DNA of 64,000 nt from Stylophora pistillata (lineage: Eukaryota): contig NW_019218064.1 of assembly GCF_002571385.2 (NCBI RefSeq), positions 240,414 to 304,413 of the forward strand, read 5' to 3'. Positions 10,816 through 23,747 of this stretch are shown here, in pieces (the first letter of the stretch is position 1; each line of letters opens with the position of its first letter). The position numbers were made by a program, and so were the translations under genes. The notes below the pieces were generated by a model that saw only the letters and a list, made by a program, of their open reading frames with translations, made no database searches and was not told the origin of the DNA.

Positions 10816-12108
10816 ATGGATTCTAACATAACATCCAATGCAAGTGTAACAACACTTTTTCCTTTCTATTCCAGCCAAGTGAGTTATGTTACTGATGCAA
10901 TAAATGCGAGCCATGTAAACGTTTCTACAGACTACCCTAATACGGCGCAATCGCTCGACTTTTGGATCGTAAAGCTTGTCCTTTATGGCGTCATTCTGCT
11001 CGGAAGCTCCGTGGGGAACAGCCTTGTAATTTACATCATCGTCAGCAACGTCCGAATGAGAACAGCCTCCAACTATTTAATAATGAACCTGGCGCTGTGT
11101 GATTTTGTCACGCCAGTTTTCAGCATTCCTTTTGATTTCTTTCTTGAGGAATACAACTACATCTGGATGTATGGCGCAGCTATGTGCAAAATCCTGTGGC
11201 CTTTGACAACAATGTCTTCTACTTCGGCTGCGTTAACCCTAGCCGCAATCTCGCTCGATCGCTATCGCGTTATAATGCACCCATTTCGACCACGTTTGAC
11301 GATGTTCAAGATCAAATGCATAATTGCCGCAGTTTACGTGTTTTCACTGTTGATGGTCGCTCCGTATTCGTATGTCCTTATTCTGAAAGGAAATGAATGC
11401 CGCGAAATATGGCCTGATATCTCCTTCAAGAAGTATTATACCTTGGGTCTTTTCCTTGTGCAATATTGCATGCCTTTGATTTTTATGGTGTTCATGTATT
11501 CGCTTGCGCTGAAAAATTTGTACACTAGCGCAGACAAGACCAGCGGCCAGAAAGCCGAGCAAGAACAGGCTGCCGTCAGCCGAAAAGTCAGTCGGACATC
11601 AACGAACTCGCGATCGTCAGCAGCCGAAGCTGAACCGAAATTGAAAAAGGTGTCGTCCACGGTGCGTTTGGTGCGTAAATTCTCATCCACTGTCAGGAGA
11701 GGGAAGACAGAAGCAAATAAAAGAGCAACTAAGATGTTTATGGCCATAGTAGGAGTTTTTACCATCTGCATGTTCCCCAATCAAGCACTTTGGTTATGGG
11801 CGGACTTCTATAATGAGGGGCAGAATCCAAGATTCTTGAACGCAGTGATAATCTGTTGGCTTTTCACGTATGCCAACAGTGTCTGTAACCCGGTCATTTA
11901 CGCTGTTTTTAGCCGGGACTTTCGCCGAGGTTTTAAAAGAGCTTTTAGAAAAGCGTTCTGTTTACATCGATACAAAAACCGACAAGTATATAAAACAGAC
12001 ATGGTCGAAACGCTGACAACAGAGCTGAAATGCGTAGCTTCTGGAGAGACTGAGAAACGAAAGAGAAAAAATGCTACTGTGCAACGACCTAAGCTTTATC
12101 TTTTGTGA
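10816..12108 (+). CDS. GPCR-2: class A neuropeptide-receptor-like GPCR, 430 aa from first ATG
   Basis: N-glycosylation-rich N-terminus (NITS, NAS, NVS), GN, NLALCD, SLDRY, C-REIWP, MFPNQ and NPVIY. The ORF-track start at 10711 is GTG; first ATG is 10816. Confidence 0.96.
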   Translation: MDSNITSNASVTTLFPFYSSQVSYVTDAINASHVNVSTDYPNTAQSLDFWIVKLVLYGVILLGSSVGNSLVIYIIVSNVRMRTASNYLIMNLALCDFVTPVFSIPFDFFLEEYNYIWMYGAAMCKILWPLTTMSSTSAALTLAAISLDRYRVIMHPFRPRLTMFKIKCIIAAVYVFSLLMVAPYSYVLILKGNECREIWPDISFKKYYTLGLFLVQYCMPLIFMVFMYSLALKNLYTSADKTSGQKAEQEQAAVSRKVSRTSTNSRSSAAEAEPKLKKVSSTVRLVRKFSSTVRRGKTEANKRATKMFMAIVGVFTICMFPNQALWLWADFYNEGQNPRFLNAVIICWLFTYANSVCNPVIYAVFSRDFRRGFKRAFRKAFCLHRYKNRQVYKTDMVETLTTELKCVASGETEKRKRKNATVQRPKLYLL

Positions 12109-13079
12109 TCGCTGTGATCTTTTGTAAATGAATAAGTTTCAGAAATAACAGTAGCATATAAAAAAATGCGGAATATCTTAAATGCGAGGGAAGCAAAGAT
12201 CGCTGTATTGTAGCGAACAAAACCATGCTATGCATTAAAAAAGGAAAGCTTTTTGCTCTACTAAATTCAAGAAAAATTAACAAAAAAGTTTTAGGAAGAA
12301 AGACTGCAATGGGACATTTGAAGATAAAAGCTTTGAGCGTAGTAAGGATTTATCTTTGAAATGGACAGCTAATTTGTGGTCATGGCACAAACAGATGTTT
12401 AGCTCTTAGTTGGTAACTAACGACGAAATTTACATACTTAAAAAAAAATAGACAGCTTATTATACCCATGGATCATGTTCAATTGCGAGATTTGTATAGT
12501 TATCAACTCCCATAGCATAAAACAGTTTCGAATCGAGACAACCCCATGAATGTTTCTTTATCAGGCCCTCCTTGTGGAAGATTTTGAGGATTAATAGAAA
12601 TTTCAAATCTAGCAAAAGCTTTGCGCTGGGAAGATCTTAGAATTCTTAAAAACGTTTAGATGCTTGTGCCGGTATGGTACCAAAATTAGGAATTTGGAAG
12701 TAATATCAACGGTATGTTGCAAATGCAATGTCTAATTTTACTTCCCATCAACTTGAACAGCTTTGCGCTTTCAAGTGTCACTTGAGGTTTCTCCTTAGCT
12801 GGTGAAGACAATTAGCTACAATTAATTTCCTGAGAAGAGATCAAGAATGAATAATTGCATTTACCTCCAACGATGTCCGTTTTTTGTGGTATACGTCTTT
12901 ATGTATTCCGAAGAGAAAGCTCTAATAATTCTGTTTGCTGTCATGTACACTAGTTGAAATAGACAGAACGTCTGCCCTATGAAATATTTCACATTTAAAT
13001 TATGATCTGCTCTTTCAGACGATTGTCTACTGTAATTGTGGGGCATGTAGCAGCCTAACGGTTACTGCGTTGGGTAGAT

Positions 13080-13290
13080 GCGATATGTTCTTGGGCAAAA
13101 TACTTTACATGCAGTGCCTCTCTCCGTCCAGAAATGTAAAATGTAAATGGTACCTGCGAATTGTCAGGGAAGCCTGATGAAATGGTGGGGGAGGGGGTTA
13201 AGGTTAGCTTGTGATAGAATAGCTTCCCATCCAGGGGGGGGGGTGTAGTTATATTCCTAGTCGCTTAGGAAACTGGGATAATATTCGGCG
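13080..13290 (+). mobile_element. CORE-type SINE fragment
   Basis: TGTTCTTGGGCAAAATACTTTAC..AGTGCCTCTCTCCGTCCAG..TAAATGGTACC (CORE-like), then CCCATCCAGGGGG...TCCTAGTCGCTT..GAAACTGGGATAA. Recognised from memory of the family. Confidence 0.65.
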
Positions 13291-16200
13291 AGCACAGACA
13301 ATGATCGCAAGAATAACAATCGTGACGGGAATGGATTCCAAAAAAACCTGGTTCAAGTCTTATTTCCTTGAACCTTTTGCACCATTCACCTTAATTTTAT
13401 CACACTCTTTGGCCACTCAAGAATCACAACTTTTTGCCATACTCCCTTCTATAGTTCGGTTAATGTAACGAAACACCGTCGTTAACGGCGCGAAAGAAGC
13501 GGACAAGTGAAAAGACGAGGGAGGCTTGGGTCGAGGGGTCGGCTACGCAACCCGGCCTGGAACAGGCTGGGACGCTAAGATTCTGGCACTTCGTGCGAGA
13601 GTTGTAATGAAAAATCACGTACGTTTGACAAGTCAATCAAACATCGTCACTTTTCTAATCCTTCCTTTGACGTGCGATATTATCGAAGGAGTTAATGGAC
13701 TTCCATCTTAGAACGATGTTTACCCTGGTACCTGTTCTTCAGATGTTTGCGTTTAAACTGCTTCGCGTGTGCCATGTAAATCATTGAGTAAGGAGAGGCT
13801 TTTCACTCCTCGTTTTTACCGAGCGCCGATAAAAATAAAAAACTTTATTTCGTGCAAATTTCTCGCATACGGAAACAATTACTGTTTTCTTAAACTGTGG
13901 GAACCAAAAAAAAAACGAATGTTACAGAGCAAACAAAACATCAAATTAGATAGTAAGAAAAGAGTATCTTTAATTTCATATAGATGGCAAGACGTGAAAT
14001 TTAATGAGTCTTTTAAAGCGGTCTTTTAATATTCGACATTGTCCTTCAACTGTATACTCATAAATGCAATTTAATTATATACAATCCCAGAGTTGCATCG
14101 GTCGAAGAAACTTTTTAAGTCATTTTAGCTTTAACGTGGTGACTTTTGAAGGTATATTTTACCTGGTGAATGCGTTAGTTATTTAAAACGACGAACACGC
14201 ATCGTAGCCTTGAGATGTACGTGTTCATTTTTCGTCGATATTTAAAAAAAAAAAAAAAAAACCGGCTTATCCTTACTAGTATGTTGATTTGACTTTAATT
14301 TGTTTAAGGATTGTGATAACAAATTGTTTTTTTTGCATAAGATACATATTTGTGGAGTGAAAACCCTACTCGAGTTTAACCCTTGTGAGAATACCTGCAC
14401 ATACGAAACCACGAGTAAAGAGGTTTAAGGCAAAAGAAAAAAAAGCTTGAGCTTGAGTTGTGTAAAACCGCTTCAAGCCATGGCAATTATGCTTCGTGAC
14501 ATCTGCGGCGCATTTAGGAAAAAAAAAACCTTAAAATTCACATGCCGTTTTCTGTTGTGCTTCAAAGCAAGACTCACCGGTCCTCGAATCTAGCAGTTAT
14601 TGCTGCTTGAAACATTTTATTGCCTTTCAGAGCAATCGCTTATCTCTGCACGGTAAGACACCCTTCCATTTCACTTTGCGGGGGGTTTTTTTTCTTTTAG
14701 AAAATAAGCCTAACTTAAAAATTCACATCTTCATTTAGAAGACCATTCACATGATTAAACGACTCATTGCAAAGACATTATTCTAAGCCTAATTGATATC
14801 TTCTGCTAGTTCAATAAGGCAAAATTTCTAAAATTTCTTTCTACTTCTAAGGCAAAATTTTCCATTCTCAGTATAGGTACAATTTCAGACCTCAGTAGAT
14901 TAGAGATTGAGTTCGCTCCCGGAATACCTTGTTAACCTTCATATTAAAAGCTTGGTTAATTTTAATAAAGTTTAATTTGCTAAGACATTTAAACTATACC
15001 ACGGCTTTGAAATTGATCTGGGATTAGGGTTTTTAATGAAATTTAAACAAAGAGTCGGTAGTAAGTAATTAAAAGGTTATAAGTTCAATACTAGCTTCTC
15101 AAGTAATTATCTATCGCCAGAAAGATTTCTCCCGAGAAACAAAGGTTTTATGTATTCTGCCGCTTTAATTCAAAGGAATAAAATACAAGAACAGTTATTC
15201 TTTTTCTGATGTTTTTATACATATTCAAGAGCATAAAATACTAACACACGAGCAGATTTATATTAGGCATAGGTTTTAAATAAACTTCTAAGGAAAGAAA
15301 ACAGGTTTCCGTCATAGGAGTTGACAGTGCACTTTAAATGAAAGATTTTATCGATAGCTTCTTTAAATTAACCTCTCAGGATTAATGCGCTTTAAAATGT
15401 TGCGTGTCGGAAAACAGAATAAGTCAAGCACGTTAAAACATTGAGTGAAACCATGGACAAAAATAGAATTTTGCAATAACTAAAGACTGTCAGTGATATT
15501 TGAATCACGTCTTTGCATCACGCAAGGCCGTTTCCAATCGCAGCTTATTTTTTTCAATTTACCGCATAAGAGCCGCAAGGCGGCAACTGCAATTGAACAA
15601 TTAAATAAGTTAATCTAAGTTTTGGAGTTAATTAAAGAAGCAAAGTTTGAGCTTTCGTTCCTGAATATGCCCGTGAACCAAAGGTCACAAAACGACCTTT
15701 TTTAAAGCCTCTAGAAGATTACGAATCAAAAGTGGAATTACCTCTTAGAAATGAAATCGAAGCCCCGAAAACGTAGGCGCGTATTTTGCGTGTGTTGTCT
15801 GTCAAATGACCACATTAATTCCAGATTTTTCCTTTAATCTTTTCTTTCTGTAAAAAAAAAATTTCAATTTCAAGGAGGAGATTAAAACCTCCCGTCGTCC
15901 GTTTACCCCAAACAGTCTTTTATCGGTTTAAACTAAACTTTAACGATTTGAAAGAAAAACTAAACAGAACTTTTTCCAAACAGAGCTAAACGTCATTTAT
16001 ACACATCACGAGGTGCGGATAAATGACGCCAAGTATTTCCTGTACGGTAAATTGAGTCCCCCGTGTGTTATTGTTGAAAGTATAATCTCTCTTGGCACAA
16101 AGTTATTTGTTTTATCGCGCGCGCGCATCTAAGAGCGAAACATTAGACACGCATCGACTCGTGATCCCTCAGTAGTGAGGCTTAGTTGATTCCAGCCAAG

Positions 16201-16332
16201 TCAACTCGCTAACAGCTGCTTCGATCGTCAACTGGGCTAAAACGAAATCCTTCTCGGCCAATAACAATAAGTTCAAACTTCGAAGAAGTTGAAAGTTCCC
16301 CGCGCCTTGGTCAAAGCGCCTTACAGTGAGAA

Positions 16333-17838
16333 ATGAATGGCAGCGAGACAGTCTCAGCTGGACCGAATAGAAGCTTTCCCACTGTATTTCCACATAATGT
16401 GCAAGGTGAATCTCAGGCCTTTAGTGTCATAAAGATATTCTTCTATTTCATCATCCTATCCGCCAGCACTTTTGGTAACAGCATGCTTGCTCACATCATC
16501 ATTCACACGAGAAAGATGCGGACCGCTAGTAACTTCCTGATATTAAACTTAGCCATTTGTGATTTAGTGACGCCGTTGATAAGCATTGTGTTTGATTTTA
16601 TCCTTGAAGAAAATAATTATGACTGGATTTACGGCGAAGCCATGTGTTCCATACTTTGGCCTACACAGACTTATTTTACTTGCGCGTCTTCGTTAACGCT
16701 TGCTGGAATCTCGCTGGATCGCTACAGAATAATCCTTCATCCATTCAAAATTCGCCTCACCAGCAAACAGATTAGTTTGTTAATTTTCCTGGTACATGTA
16801 TGCTCGCTAGTCGCTGTTGCTCCTTATGGTTATTTCCTCGTGCTGAGAAATGGTTCTTGTGAGGAAAACTGGCCCAAATTTTCCTACAGACAGGCTTACA
16901 CTTTTTTTTTGTTTCTGGTTCAATACGCAATGCCGCTCGTAATAATGATATTCATGTACACAATGGCTGTTCGAGCACTATGTCAAACTTCAAGGAAAAC
17001 ACGCGACAACTCAATATGTGCAAAAACTCCGCAATTTATCGTCAAGAAGCTTAAACTTGAAGCTAAACAGCAAGAAAAACATCGTGGACTATCTAAATCC
17101 CACTACACATTTATCAGACGGCTTGGCAAGCTCAATACAAGAGACATTTGGAAAACTCCTAATGCAAGGGCGACAAAAATGTTCATAGTGATTGTGACTG
17201 TCTTCGCAATATTTATGTTCCCCAATCAAATTGTGTGGTTGTGGGCAGATTTCGGTGGAGGGATAAATCATCCAGACTTTACCAAACTTTCCATTATTTG
17301 CTGGTTGTTTACATACACCAACAGTGTCGTGAACCCAGTAATTTTTGGTTTATTCAGCAAAGATTTTCGCAAAGGTTTTAGGAGGATTTTTCACAGCCTG
17401 CTGCGTTGCGAGAGATTAGTCGGGAAAGAGGATCTTGTAAGATTACGACGTCAAAGTACTAGCAAAACTCGTTCAGAAACGACGGAATCACATGGCACAG
17501 ATTACGGGTCGTGTACAAAAGACAGCAACATGTCCTGTCTTTTTCAAGATGAACAAAAGACACCGATGTTGGGAGGAAAAACTGATCATCAGTTTCACGA
17601 AATGTCCCCACCCTTAGCTCAACCAAATTTCGCTTCGAACAGAACCGCGATAAAATATTTCAGCAAACAGATGGTACCAAACCCGTTAAAAGCTTTTGAG
17701 CTCGAAGATGCAACTCGTCACTCCAGTGGCCTTCTTAGAGAAAATTATGTTGAACAATGGGGTACTTTGTCTAATTCAGAGTCTTACATTGAAACTTTGA
17801 CTGATGCGCTGAACAGCTCGCCGGAAACTAACTGTTAG
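16333..17838 (+). CDS. GPCR-3: class A neuropeptide-receptor-like GPCR, 501 aa, ends PETNC
   Basis: GN, NLAICD, SLDRY, C-EENWP, MFPNQIVWLWADFG and NPVIF. Confidence 0.96.
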   Translation: MNGSETVSAGPNRSFPTVFPHNVQGESQAFSVIKIFFYFIILSASTFGNSMLAHIIIHTRKMRTASNFLILNLAICDLVTPLISIVFDFILEENNYDWIYGEAMCSILWPTQTYFTCASSLTLAGISLDRYRIILHPFKIRLTSKQISLLIFLVHVCSLVAVAPYGYFLVLRNGSCEENWPKFSYRQAYTFFLFLVQYAMPLVIMIFMYTMAVRALCQTSRKTRDNSICAKTPQFIVKKLKLEAKQQEKHRGLSKSHYTFIRRLGKLNTRDIWKTPNARATKMFIVIVTVFAIFMFPNQIVWLWADFGGGINHPDFTKLSIICWLFTYTNSVVNPVIFGLFSKDFRKGFRRIFHSLLRCERLVGKEDLVRLRRQSTSKTRSETTESHGTDYGSCTKDSNMSCLFQDEQKTPMLGGKTDHQFHEMSPPLAQPNFASNRTAIKYFSKQMVPNPLKAFELEDATRHSSGLLRENYVEQWGTLSNSESYIETLTDALNSSPETNC

Positions 17839-18579
17839 AGGGTCACCGCAAGACTGATGAACACACAAAGGGTCAGACTTTTCCATCACAAGGTCATTTT
17901 TGAGTCCCGACGAGGTTTCCTACGTATTGTAGAATCGCCATTGGGCGTATAGTTCACGCTGGGCTCCTTTCAACAGAGTTCTAGAAAGAACAATTAATGC
18001 AGTTTATACTCAAAGTTTTCTACGTGAAGCAGCTTTGCATATTGAATCATAAGCTAGCATTTTATTTGTCTGTTGCCTTATTGCTGTTCTGAATCCTTGA
18101 GTGTTGCCGGAGAGAGATAGCTCTAAGCTTTACTCTTTATAACTTATCAGCAGCTTATAAAGTAATCACGCAAAACAAAAGTTCAAATTCTAAAACAACT
18201 TCTGCGAATTTAAAAAGAGGCCGTGATCTTTGAAGTTCCAAGACAAGCGTTCTTTGTTACGAACGTTTCTCGAGTAATGCTAAATAGCGTCATTTCTGCA
18301 AGTTTTGAGAATAATCTTTGCGTCTTTAGTTTGATTCCAAAATCTTTGAGTTCTTTTCCTGTTTATAACTTCCAGCCTCCTACGCATTTCTCAAACAAAG
18401 CTTTCCATTACAACTCGTTTGACAAGATTTAACTTACAAACTCCGGAAAAGTGGTTAGGAAGTTGGCGTGTCTTTGTATCCATAAATACATTTTCTAGAA
18501 TTTCTATCCGGTTTTGTGAAGTATTCTTTCCTCAAAAATTAAAAAACCAAACAATTCGAGTCTAAAAATAATGTATGGA

Positions 18580-20178
18580 GTTTAAAGAGCAAGTTATTGT
18601 ATGCCTTAGCCAATGCAACGCGACCCTCTATTACAACAATATATATTTGTCAACTGCTTCTTTGTTAAACAAGTGCGTAGCATTCCCGTAATATGTCTTT
18701 GTCAACTCCTTTATGGCTCAAGTGTCTCGCTCAAAAAGCGGTCGTCAGTAGCAGTTTTATCTTTAGAAAGCACCGTCAGTGTGGAATGATTTGTAATATC
18801 CAATAAAAAAGGGTGTGGGAAGATTAAATATGTTAAGCCTCAATAAGATCGTGAAAGATGCGTTCGAAAAAAATTCTTTCTTTCTGGGTTAGAATTGATT
18901 TTCCGTTTACTCTTAGTTGTTCAACAACAAAATCAAAATAACATAAAGCAAATGAGAAGAAATAAGAGAACACTTGGACACAAAAAGAGAGAGAGTGGAT
19001 AGTGCTAGGAATTTTCGGCAGGGGTGCTATACTTCGTAAAGTTCTTTCAAAATTAATGCACCCCCTTTTAACGATTAATTTCAAGGCGAGCCTGGTATAT
19101 GATGTGCTCTTCTGGTGTAAAAGACTTCTGATATTGTAGAAGTATAGTGTTCGTAGATAATTTTGACGTTCTATCCAGCGATTTTCGTTTCCTACAATTA
19201 TAACACTGTTAAGCATGTTGGAAGTATTTAGAAAGACGTCTGCCCTCTCTGAAATCGATGAGACGGTATTACAGTACAGACACAAGGGATTATTTTGTTG
19301 TTTTTTAAGATAACTTTTTATGTACAGGTCGAGTGCGTTTCCTGTTTTAGAAAGTCACGTTCTACTTTTTCGTTCCGTTCTTGCACGAACAAGTTTGTTT
19401 TCTATGTGTTTCAATTGCGGTGACTAAGTTTTCCATACCAACCAGTCATGTTGAATGTCAGGGCATTTTGTCTAAAGGAAATCTTTAATTCTACTGTCAT
19501 CCACTGCTTTTCCATTATATTGAGTATGGGTGCATGTTATGGAGTTTCCGGATCTTTTCTAGGCTACACATCTGCCACAGTTCATGAACAGTATACGTGC
19601 ATTCCTTCATAGGATGTACTTTGACTGATACGATAATCTTGTTAAATTGGCTTAGCAGCTTTTACCGTTAGAACTGAGAGCAGATCTCAAGGTCGAGAGA
19701 TAGCATTGCTTTAAGCAAAGAATAGGACTCCGATCCTAAAAAATGCTTTTAGTAGGATTTATCGTTTGTCAAAAGGCCAAGCTCAGTGGGAACTTGTGTG
19801 GCGAGTTAGAGATGGTAAATGCCTTTCTCCGCGCAATAAAACACTGGAAGGCGAGACAGTTTAAAGAGAAAATAACTGTATGCCTTAGGCAATGCAACAC
19901 GACCCGCCATTACAGCATCTATCTTTGTCAACTGCTTCTTTGTTAAACAAGTGCATGGCATTTTCGAACCTTTGTCAACCTTTTGTTACTCAAGTGTCTC
20001 GATCAAAAAGCGATCGTCAAGTAGCAGCATTTTCTTCAGAAAGAAGAGACTTCAATCCTAAAAACTGCTTTATCATGATTTATCGTTTGTGAAAAAGGTC
20101 GATTGCAACGGGAACTTGTGCGGCGAATCACAGCTGGTAAGTGCCTTTCTTCACGCAAAAACCTGGAAGGCAAGATAA
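18580..20178 (+). repeat. Local duplications: segment B (18580-18770, 19860-20045) and segment A (19730-19858, 20053-20178)
   Basis: ATGCCTTAG.CAATGCAAC.CGACCC...TTTGTCAACTGCTTCTTTGTTAAACAAGTGC occurs twice. ATCCTAAAAA.TGCTTT..GATTTATCGTTTGT...GGGAACTTGTG..GCGA...CTGGAAGGC.AGA occurs twice. Confidence 0.85.
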
Positions 20179-21307
20179 TAGTTTTTTTTTTTTTTTTCAT
20201 CTGTCTGCATGGCCACTGAATTACATGTAGAGCCTATAAAGTTTTTTGTAGTTTAAAACTTTTTAGACGGGCCGACATGACTACTGCAGTTCGTGAAATA
20301 ATTTCTTAGGTCTCCATCATTCACCACATTTTGGCTGTGTAAACATTACGACTGATTCTAAAATCTGTTCCGGGATTTTCCGTAGAAAATTGGATAAATA
20401 AAGAAAGGATTTTATTCTCGAGCTATCTACATGTTATCCTGGAGGTCGGGGCTAAAAATAACGAAAACAAGACGAGTTTAAAAGAAAAATTGCACGTCTA
20501 GAGTCTTTCGCGAAGGAAAGATATGGTCAAAATAATAGATTCCGAGATCTGCAAAATTTAACCAAAACCTGTGACACTTTTTCTTTAGGACATTTTACTG
20601 AAACTGACAATATGACCTCCATAGTCCTCAGACGGTTCATTGAATCGTTGCCTCGAGGCAGAAAGAAATCTAAAAATAAGGGCTGTGAAGGAACAAAAGC
20701 TCTTTCATAGATTCATTCATCGTCAACGCCTTTGACAAGGATACACCAAGGACGAGACAACGGAGATATAACTAAAGCTTGAGTCGATTATAGCGTTAAC
20801 ATTTGATTGGAAGTTATCTATTTGGCTGGATGAACACACTTCTGATAGTACAGGAATATTGCAAGACGAATTTTAACTTGTGAGGTAATTTCACCCTTGA
20901 CCCACTAACTGGATTTAAAGTGGACGCTTCACAGGTTGAGGCTTTTGTTAACGAGATTACTTTTCGCCATTGCATCCAAAGATTTCCTGCGTTTTTATTT
21001 GGACTCGATAAAATTTCGTCTAGTCGAGAAAATATTTTGATTAATGTCCTATTTTAGGTTATTCTGAATTGAGCCAATTATCAATATTTAGCTTAATTAA
21101 GCTAGATTACAGCAGCTATGCAACTGTTGACAACTGCATTTAGAGATAACCTGTGACCTCAACTGCAGCCGATGATGTCGAATAGTTTTTTTTTTTTTCA
21201 TAGCGGTTGCAAGCTTGTTTGCAGCTGAAGAGAGCCGTCAGTATCATGTCTCCAATCAGATCTATTCAAGTGCAGAAATGATCTAGATTCCTGTAGGTAA
21301 ACAGCCA

Positions 21308-21500
21308 TTCAACCCTAGCGTCAATATGTATATTCTCCATAATGTATTCTATATATCTCCTAAGATGCTGACAAAGAGAATTTGTTTAACAATCAATAGC
21401 TTCTCTAGTTGGTGATCACTTCCTTTATTCTCCTGACCTTAATGTGTGACTCAGGAGTGAAGCTGTCAGGTGAAATAAGATGTCAATCACAGAGGCTTAA
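21308..21500 (+). mobile_element. Short non-autonomous element (TTAA-CCC/GGG-TTAA, piggyBac-like MITE family), degenerate
   Basis: GCTGACAAAGAGAATTTGTTTAACAATCAATAGCTTCT...TTCCTTTATTCTC; an inverted copy at 46861-47040 ends in GGGTTAA. Confidence 0.6.
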
Positions 21501-22390
21501 GTAATTGCCAGAAAGAAGCCCCTTTAAGCCTAAATTTTACCAGACTACTTCATGGAAGTTACCTAAAAATTGCAGTTCAGCGCGTGCGAGGATCATTAAT
21601 TTCAACGCTAAAATTTTTCTCACAGATCATAATGAAATTTAGTCACCAATAATAATTGTTATCAGATCTATGAAACTACTCTTCTGTTTTGCATCAAATT
21701 GTCCAAATTTACGATAAACGAACGAATGGACGGATAAATGAGTCATTAGATAGCTAATTGAATAGATAAATAGTACATGAATCTATAAAGAGTAAAAAGT
21801 AGAATAGAAGTACGTTCCTCTTCTCCTAAAAAGAATATGAACAAACAAAAAAACAATTGCACCGCTGTGCCAAAAAGAAACCAACAACAAAAGTTACATA
21901 CAAAGGCCATGTAAACTGTCGTTTCAAGACGATTTTGTGATAAAAAGTATTGTAATATTCGACGAATTAATAAAGATAGCAATGTTTTCGGCGTGGGTGC
22001 GGTGCAAATTATTTTGTTAGGACGATGTAATCATGAAGAATGTCATTAACGCAGTATGAATATTTTTGCTTGTTTCTTCGGGTGGATTTTAGCTATAGCG
22101 AGAATCCACTTAAGTTATCACCATAGTTCGGCTTTTTGATGGAAGAGATGGAATGTGGCTCAAATGGTTGATCAAGATTTGCGCAGTGGTATCAGTTTCC
22201 TGAAAGTTACGGTCATAAATCTCGTTGTTTTTTTTTAATCTAGAATAACAAAGAAGTAAGGTAAAAAAACGCTATCGTCTGAGAAAATGGTTCTGCTCGT
22301 TTTCCAGTGGCCTGTTACAGATCTTTCAGTTAATAAAGCGAAGCAGAGTAGAAAGCCGGAACGACTTTAGTAGCGGAGGAGCAGAGCAGT

Positions 22391-22444
22391 GGCCCGAGTC
22401 GGGTAGTGCAATAACTGACGTATCTACGCGACCCGACCCGGGCC
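22391..22444. repeat. GC-rich hairpin
   Basis: GGCCCGAGTCGGGT ... ACCCGACCCGGGCC (14-bp arms, one mismatch). Confidence 0.7.
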
Positions 22445-23675
22445 TCTCTCGTTTTCGCTCTTCAGCTACGATTGCTCGTCTACCATTCCGTTCCCTTTTA
22501 CTAACTAAACGCGCTAGTTTTCCAGTGGTGCGCAAATTTTCCAAACGCTTATGAATGAACACAATAGATGATGGATATATCTTGCCTCGCATTTAAGTGC
22601 GTAAAGTAGAGTGAAGACAATTAATCATAATCACGAGTCTGCAAAGAAAGTTAATCGTGATTTCTAAGGCGTGAAATTTCATGAACGTTTTCTCGGCACG
22701 GATGTTATTGGCTTTACATCATAAGTTATATGGGAAAAACCATAAAGAGACCGCGTCTACGGAAAAACCAGGACGGATTTTTCCATGTAATACGGATTCA
22801 TTTTATGGGATTTATGTATTCAAAATAAAATACAGACAGTCTGTAGACAGCTCGCGTCAGTGAACAAGGTGGATGTGGCCTGAGACACGGACGCGAACTC
22901 TTCGAACATTCTATCATATGTACGCAAGGCTGAGAAAGTTATGCCCGCTATCTGCATAGGAATTACGCTCTGGAGGGAACTCTCGTTAAACAACCTATGT
23001 TATATGTTCAAGACAACGCAAAGAAAATAAATTTAAAGCTTATTAACGTTCTTGAAATTATACGACAGCGAAAATCACGACCAGCTCTGAGCCACATAAC
23101 ATCTTCTCCGCAGACACATGTTGTCTAGACATAGTTGACGCGCGTGAAATTGCGCGACAGTGAAAATTCCGACTTGAGAGTAAATGTTTCCCATATTTGA
23201 GCTGAGTTGATATAAATAGTGCCCTCCCAAGTATAGAAATTACTTGTGTCTCGCCATGCATTTTGATTCAAAGATCACTCACTGATTCAAGTACACTTCA
23301 AATAGAATTGCTATCTCTTAATTTTGTAGCAAATGTCCTTATTCTTAAAATCATGCTAAACGCATGGTAATGTTAATATTTCCGGTCTAGTCCCGCCCTG
23401 AATAAATGAGGCGCATTCTTCGAGCTAATAAAATTGTATTTTAGAATGCGCTTATGACAAATATTCTGGGAAAGTTTCAAACCTAATCGTCAGTTTCAGT
23501 ACTGACGAGTGACAACAGATGCTTGAAGTAGACAAGAAAAGAAATATTTATGCGTTTATCAAAATTGGTGCGCACGACTTGAAACTTTTAAATGCATTCT
23601 TGCATAACAACTCTCAGCAGATTATGGAATATTTCTAGGTATTGAAAACGTTTATGGTCTTACCTAACAACTTAT

Positions 23676-23726
23676 AGCCTGTGTATAGCCGCCCCATCAG
23701 GGGATGGGGCGGCTTTACGCAGGTTA
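23676..23726. repeat. Mini inverted-repeat element
   Basis: TAGCCTGTGTATAGCCGCCCCATC / GATGGGGCGGCTTTACGCAGGTTA are imperfect inverted arms. Confidence 0.7.
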
Positions 23727-23747
23727 AACATTCATGAACGTTTTCTT

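Noticed and set aside
15768-15778. AAAACGTAGGC shared upstream of GPCR-3 and GPCR-7 (48289), plus scattered ACGTCA half-sites
   Set aside because: A single 11-mer match among eight upstream regions of AT-rich DNA is expected by chance.
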